A stretch of DNA of 64,000 nucleotides, taken from Scenedesmus sp. PABB004. Lineage: Eukaryota. How positions within the stretch are numbered: position 1 is the stretch's first letter; each line of letters begins with the position of its first letter. The stretch lies in contig JABVCE010000013.1 in assembly GCA_014905635.1 (NCBI GenBank), positions 434,001 through 498,000 of the forward strand, given 5' to 3'. Positions 59,112 to 64,000 of this stretch are shown here, one piece after another. The notes beneath the pieces are model-generated. The model saw only the letters and a list, made by a program, of their open reading frames with translations. It had not been told where the DNA came from and did not search any database. A program made the translations under genes and the position numbers.

Positions 59112-62100
59112 ATGAACCAGACGGTCTACCGGGAGGTGCGCCCCGGCGGCGTGCGCGGCCGGCGCGCGTGCGGCGCCGGCGCTGCTGCTGATCGCGCCGC
59201 CCGCGCCGCGCCGCGCCGCGCAGCTGGTGCCGCCCAGCGCGGTGACGTGCTGCGCGGAGGCGTACTTCACGCATGCCGCCCCGCGCCGCGGCGCCGCGGC
59301 CGGCGGCGCGGCGGCGCCGCCGCCCAACCTCGTCGTCGTGCGCGGCACGCGCCTCGAGGTGTACGCCCTCGTGTGAGCGCGGCGCGCCGCACCGGGCCGG
59401 CGCGGTGGGCGGGGGCATGCGGCTGCGGCGGCGGCAGGACGTGGAGCGGGGCGCGGCCCACGCGCGCCGCCCGCGCCGCGCCGCGCAGGCGGAGCGCGTC
59501 GCCGCCGCAGCCGGCCGGCGCCGCCGACGCGTGCCGGCTGGAGCTGGTGGGCGAGTGGCAGTGCTGGGGCGTGATCAAGGACCTGGCGGTGCTGCGGGGC
59601 CGCGGCAGCGGCGGGCAGCGCGACAGCCTGGTGCTGGCCATGCGGTGCGCACAGCACGCGCGACGCCGCTCGCACGCCCCGCCCGCCGCGCCCGCTGCAG
59701 CGACGGGTGAGGAGGGACAACCACGCGCACGCACGCGCGCGCGCAGGGACGCCAAGGTCGCCGTGGTGGAGTGGGACGACGCGCTGCACCGCCTGCGCAC
59801 GGGCAGCCTGCACAGCTTCGAGGGCGACCCTGCGCTGCGCGAGGGCTGCCCCTGCGGCACGGCGGCGACCGGCGCGGCGCTGCTGTCGGCGGCGCCGCGC
59901 GTCGTCGCCGACCCGGGCGGCCGCTGCGCGGCGGCGCTCGTGTACGGGCGCCACGTCGCGCTGCTGCCGGCGATCCAGGCCGACGTGCTGGAGATGCTGC
60001 TGCAGGTGCGCGGCACACACCCGCGCGGCGGCGAGGACGCGCCCGCGGCGGCGGCCCCAGCCGCGGCCCCGCCGCGTGCGGCTGGCTCACCGCCGCGCCG
60101 CCGCCGCGCGCAGGAGGGCGGCGCGGCCAAGGGCAGCACGGCGAGCGCGTCGGTGGGCAACAGCTACCTCGTGTCGCTGTCCAAGGCGGCGGGCGTGAAG
60201 CTCTCCGGCGACAGCGCCGTGCGGGACCTCGCCTTCCTGCACGGCTACACCGAGCCCGTGCTGCTCCTCCTGCACGAGACGACGCCGACGTGGGGCGCAC
60301 GGTGCGGCAGGCGCCGCCGCACGGCCGCGTCGCGCCGCCGCGCCGCCGTGCCGCCGACCAACCGTGCACGGCCGCCGGCCGGCGGGCCGCAGGCTGCGCG
60401 AGGCCAAGGACACGTGCGCGCTGGCGGCGATGTCGATCAGCCTGCGGCGCAAGCGCACGCCCGTCATCTGGAGCGTCGCGTCGCTGCCGAGCGACTGCAG
60501 CGGCGTGCTGCCCGTGCCGCGCGGCGGCGTGCTTGTGCTGAGCACCAGCCTGCTGATGTACTACGCCCAGGTGCGCCGCACGCGGGGTGGCGCCACGCCG
60601 CCGCGGCCGCCGCCGCGCCTCGCCGCCGCAAACGCTGCCTCCGCCGCCGCCGCCGCCGCCGCCAGGGCGGCTCGTGTGTGATGGCCATCAACAGCAACGC
60701 CTTCCCTGGGGAGGTGCCGCCCAAGCTCGACCCGCCCATCACGCCCGCGTTCCCAACGTATGGCCCGTCGCGGACGATGGTCGAGCAGCAGGCCGCGGCG
60801 GCGGCGGCGGCGGAGAAGACGGCCGCCACCGCGACCGCGCATGCGCGGCTGTGGGCGGCAAACGTGCACCCCGAGGCCGCGGCAGAGGCGGCCAAGAACG
60901 CGCCGCGCGCGCCGGGGCTCGAGGTGGAGGCGGACCGCGCCGTCGGCTGCTGGCTCACGGGTGCGCGGCGCGGCGCGCGTGCGCGGGGCGCGCGGCAGGC
61001 GCCACGCGCCGGGCGCGCGCTGAACTGCCGCGCCGCTGCCGCGCTGCCGCGCAGGCAGCCTCGCGCTGCTGGGCCTTAAGACGGGGCAGCTGCTGCTGGT
61101 GTCGCTCCGGTTTGAGGGCGCCGCGGCGAGCCGGATGCAGGTGGCCCTCGCGGGCGCCGCGCCGGTCGCGAGCTGCGCCGCGGTGCTCACGCCCGAGCTG
61201 TTCTTCCTCGGCAGCGCCCTCGGCGACTCGCTGCTCGTGCGCTTCGGCCCCGAGCCCGCGCCCGGCGGCGCGCTGGGCGAGCACCCCGCCAAGCGGCGGC
61301 GCCTCGCCCTGCTCGCCGCGCCCGACATGGGCGGCGGCGGCGGCGCGCTGCTGCCGGGCGGGGAGGACGACTATGAGGTCTACCGCGCCGCGACCGGCCG
61401 CGCGCCGGGCAGCGGCGTGCCGGGCCTGCGCGGTGACAGCCTGCGCCAGAGCTTCCAGGTGAGCGGGCATGCGCGCAGCGCCGGCGGCGCGGGGCGGGCC
61501 GGGCCTGCGCGCGCAGCGCCGCCCGCCGCGCCCGCCGCCACGTGCGCGCCCGCCGAGCGCGCCGCCAGGTGGTGGACAGCCTGCAGGGCCTGGGGCCCAT
61601 GCGCGCCACGGCTCTGGCCGACCTGCACCTGGCCGACACGGTGCTGGCGCCGCTGCTGAGCGGCACGCCGCCCGCCGGGCGGCCGCGCGCGTCATCGACG
61701 CTCGTCGCCGCGGTGGGCGAGGACAAGAGCGGCGCACTCGCGCTGCTGCGGCGCAGCGTGCCCGCCGACGTCATCACCGGCGTGCCGGCGCTGGGCGCGC
61801 ACGGCGCGTGGACGCTGCACCACCGCCCGCGGCGGCGGCGCCGGACGGCAGCGCCGCCGGCGGCGACGCGGCGGGGCCGGGCGGCGCAGCAGGCGGCGGC
61901 GACGCGGCGGCGGGTGGGGACAGCGAGCGCCACGCCTTCCTGCTGCTGAGCTGCCGCGGCGAGCACACGATGGTGCTGGACTCCAGCGGTGACAACCTGA
62001 GCGAGCTCACAGACGACGTGAGCGCGCGCCGAGCGACGCCCGCGCCGGCGAAGCAGCGCGGGGAGCGCCGCGCCGCCGCCGGCGGCGGCCTCCCGACCAG

Positions 62101-62715
62101 CCCGGACGCCCCGCCCTCGGGCGGCGCCGCCGCAGGTCGGCTTTGTGCGCTCCGCGCCGACGCTGGCAGCGGGGGAGATGTTTGACGCGGCCGCGGCGGT
62201 GCAGGTCACGCACACGGTCGTGCGGCTCGTCGCCGGCGCCGCGGCGTGCCTGCAGCACCTCACGCTGCCGGAGCTGCTCGCGGCGGCGGGGCACCCCGCC
62301 GCGGCGGGGCAGCAGCTGCAGGTGTGCATTCGCTACGCGCAGGTGCGGGACCCGTTCGTCCTGCTCCTGCTGTCGGACGCGACCGCGCTGCTGCTGCACG
62401 GCGACGCGGCCGCGCGTCGCCTCGAGCTGCTGCCGGCCGCGCTGCCGGCGCTCGCGGCGGCGGGCTGGGCGGAGCCGGGGGCGGCCGCGACCGCGGCCTG
62501 CCTCTACACCGACACCAGCGGCTGGCTCGCGGCCGCGGCGGGGCTCGCGGCCCGCCGCCGGGCGGGCAGGCCGCGGCGTCGGTGGGCGCGGCCGACGCGG
62601 CCGCGGCCGCAGAGGCAGAGGCCGAGGCCGAGGCCGCGACCGCCGAGCGCGCGGCGGCGGCGCTGCCGCTGCCCAGCATGTACGCGGCCGTGCCGGGGCT
62701 GGGGCCGCAGCAGCA

Positions 62716-62765
<50 letters not shown>

Positions 62766-64000
62766 ACGTGAAGATGGAGGAGGCAGCCCCGGCGCCTGCA
62801 GCGGCAGGCGGCGAGGCGGCGGACGCGGTCGCCGCGGCCGCGGGCGACGCGGGCGCGCCGCCGCCCAGCGGGGACGAGGTGACGGTGATTGCCGTGCCGG
62901 CGGCGGACGCCCCCGGCGACGCGGCGGAGGGCGTGGAGGGTGTGGACGAGGCCATGGCGCTGGCGGGCGCCGTGGGCGACGCGGCCGAGGCGGACGCCGC
63001 CGCCGCGGCCGGCGGCGCCGGCGCCGCGGACGCGCCCGTGCCGGAGGCGCGGGCGGCGAAGCAGGAGCCGGCGGAGGAGGCGCAGCAGGAGCAGGCGGGC
63101 GAGGCGGCGCCCGCGGGCCGCCGCGGCCGCTCACGTTTTGCGCGGTGTGCCGCGCCGACGGCGCGCTGCAGATCTATGAGCTGCCGGGCATGGCGCTGGT
63201 GTTTGAGGACGCCGAGGCGATGCTGGGGCGCGAGGTGGGCCGGGGCGGCGGGGATGCTGAGCTGCGCGCCCGCTGACCGCGGCCGCGGAGGCACCGCCCG
63301 TGGCGGACCTGCCCGTGCGCGCCCCGGCCCGCCCGCTGACCACCACGGGCGCTCCACGCGCCGTGCACGCGCAGACGCTCAGCCCGCACCGCCCGCCCGG
63401 CGTGGGCGACGACGACGACGGCGACGACGACGCGCCGCCGAGCCGCGTCGGCGAGATGCTGCTCGAGTGCTTTGCCGCGCCCAGCGGCGCCGCGCTCGGC
63501 GTGCCTGCCGCGGCCGCGCCGCTGCTGCTCATGCTGCGGGACAGCGGGGCGCTGCTGGTTTACAAGGCGCGCCGCTCGCTCGCGGGGCTGGGCGGCCGCC
63601 GCGGCGCGCGCGAGGGCCTCGCCCCGACGCTCGCCGCCCGCGCGCCGCCGGCGCAGGCCTTCAAGCCGACCACGCCCGGGCGCTCGCTCGGCTTCCGGCG
63701 GCAGCCACTGGACGCCGCGCTGCTGCCGCACGCGAGCCCCGCGCCGCCGCCCGCGCCGGCGGGCGCCGCGGGGCGGGGCCCCGCCGCGCCGGGCATGCCC
63801 GCCGCGGCGTCGCCGCCGGCGCGGCTCGTGCGCTTCGACGGCCTCGCCACGCCGCGCCTCGCGGCGCCGCTCGCGCCCGGCGGCGCCGGCGGCGCCGCCG
63901 CGCCGGCGCTGTGGTACTGCGGCGTGTTTGTCTGCGGCCCGCGGCCGGCCTGGCTCGTCGCGGCGCGCGGCGGGCTGGTCGCGCAGCCGGTGGACCCCGA
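59112..64000 (+). CDS. CPSF160: Cleavage and polyadenylation specificity factor subunit 1 (CPSF160), 3'-truncated
   Basis: VYRE|LVPPSAVTCC, NLVVVRGTRLEVY, RDSLVLAM|RDAKVAVVEWD, SLHSFEG, VRDLAFLHGYTEPVLLLLHE, FFLGSALGDSLLVRF, VVDSLQGLGPM; three apparent frame breaks in low-complexity parts. Confidence 0.93.

Noticed and set aside
61820..63130. Frame breaks in CPSF160 (~61830, ~62550, ~63115), also NOG2 tail (~4540) and MFS gene (~8730), suggesting programmed frameshifting or pseudogenes
   Set aside because: All lie in GC low-complexity runs with no slippery sites, and two genes are essential; consensus indel errors are far more likely. Polishing or RNA-seq would settle it.
1..64000. Hundreds of long overlapping R/A/P/G-rich ORFs on both strands (e.g. 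54572-59038, 49371-52163)
   Set aside because: Stop codons are rare at this GC content; these are shadow frames or intron read-through.

Overview
Eukaryotic, extremely GC-rich, intron-dense genomic DNA, most consistent with a chlorophyte green alga (plastid-targeted PPD6, carotenoid oxygenase and LON-domain proteins; flagellar genes). Most long ORFs in the supplied track are GC artefacts; I reassembled the real genes by hand from splice sites. About 19 protein-coding genes: NOG2 (5'-truncated), Tudor-like/MFS protein, LRR protein, class I/II aminotransferase, (6-4) photolyase, ankyrin-like protein, PPD6, plasma-membrane H+-ATPase, unknown membrane protein, CFAP96-like, LON-domain protein, UBC27/E2-K, ankyrin protein, carotenoid oxygenase, small secreted Trp/Gly-rich protein, RPN9, DNAAF1/ODA7, CRAL-TRIO protein and CPSF160 (3'-truncated). 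Main hidden features: (1) five box C/D snoRNAs in three NOG2 introns, with recognisable rRNA antisense elements; (2) about 15 GC-AG introns among roughly 110 traced; (3) a ~697 bp triplication covering the whole H+-ATPase upstream region and start codon; (4) a perfect 29-bp hairpin in an unexplained 2.6 kb intergenic region. rRNA target matches and orthologue names come from recalled conserved sequences, not from a database search.
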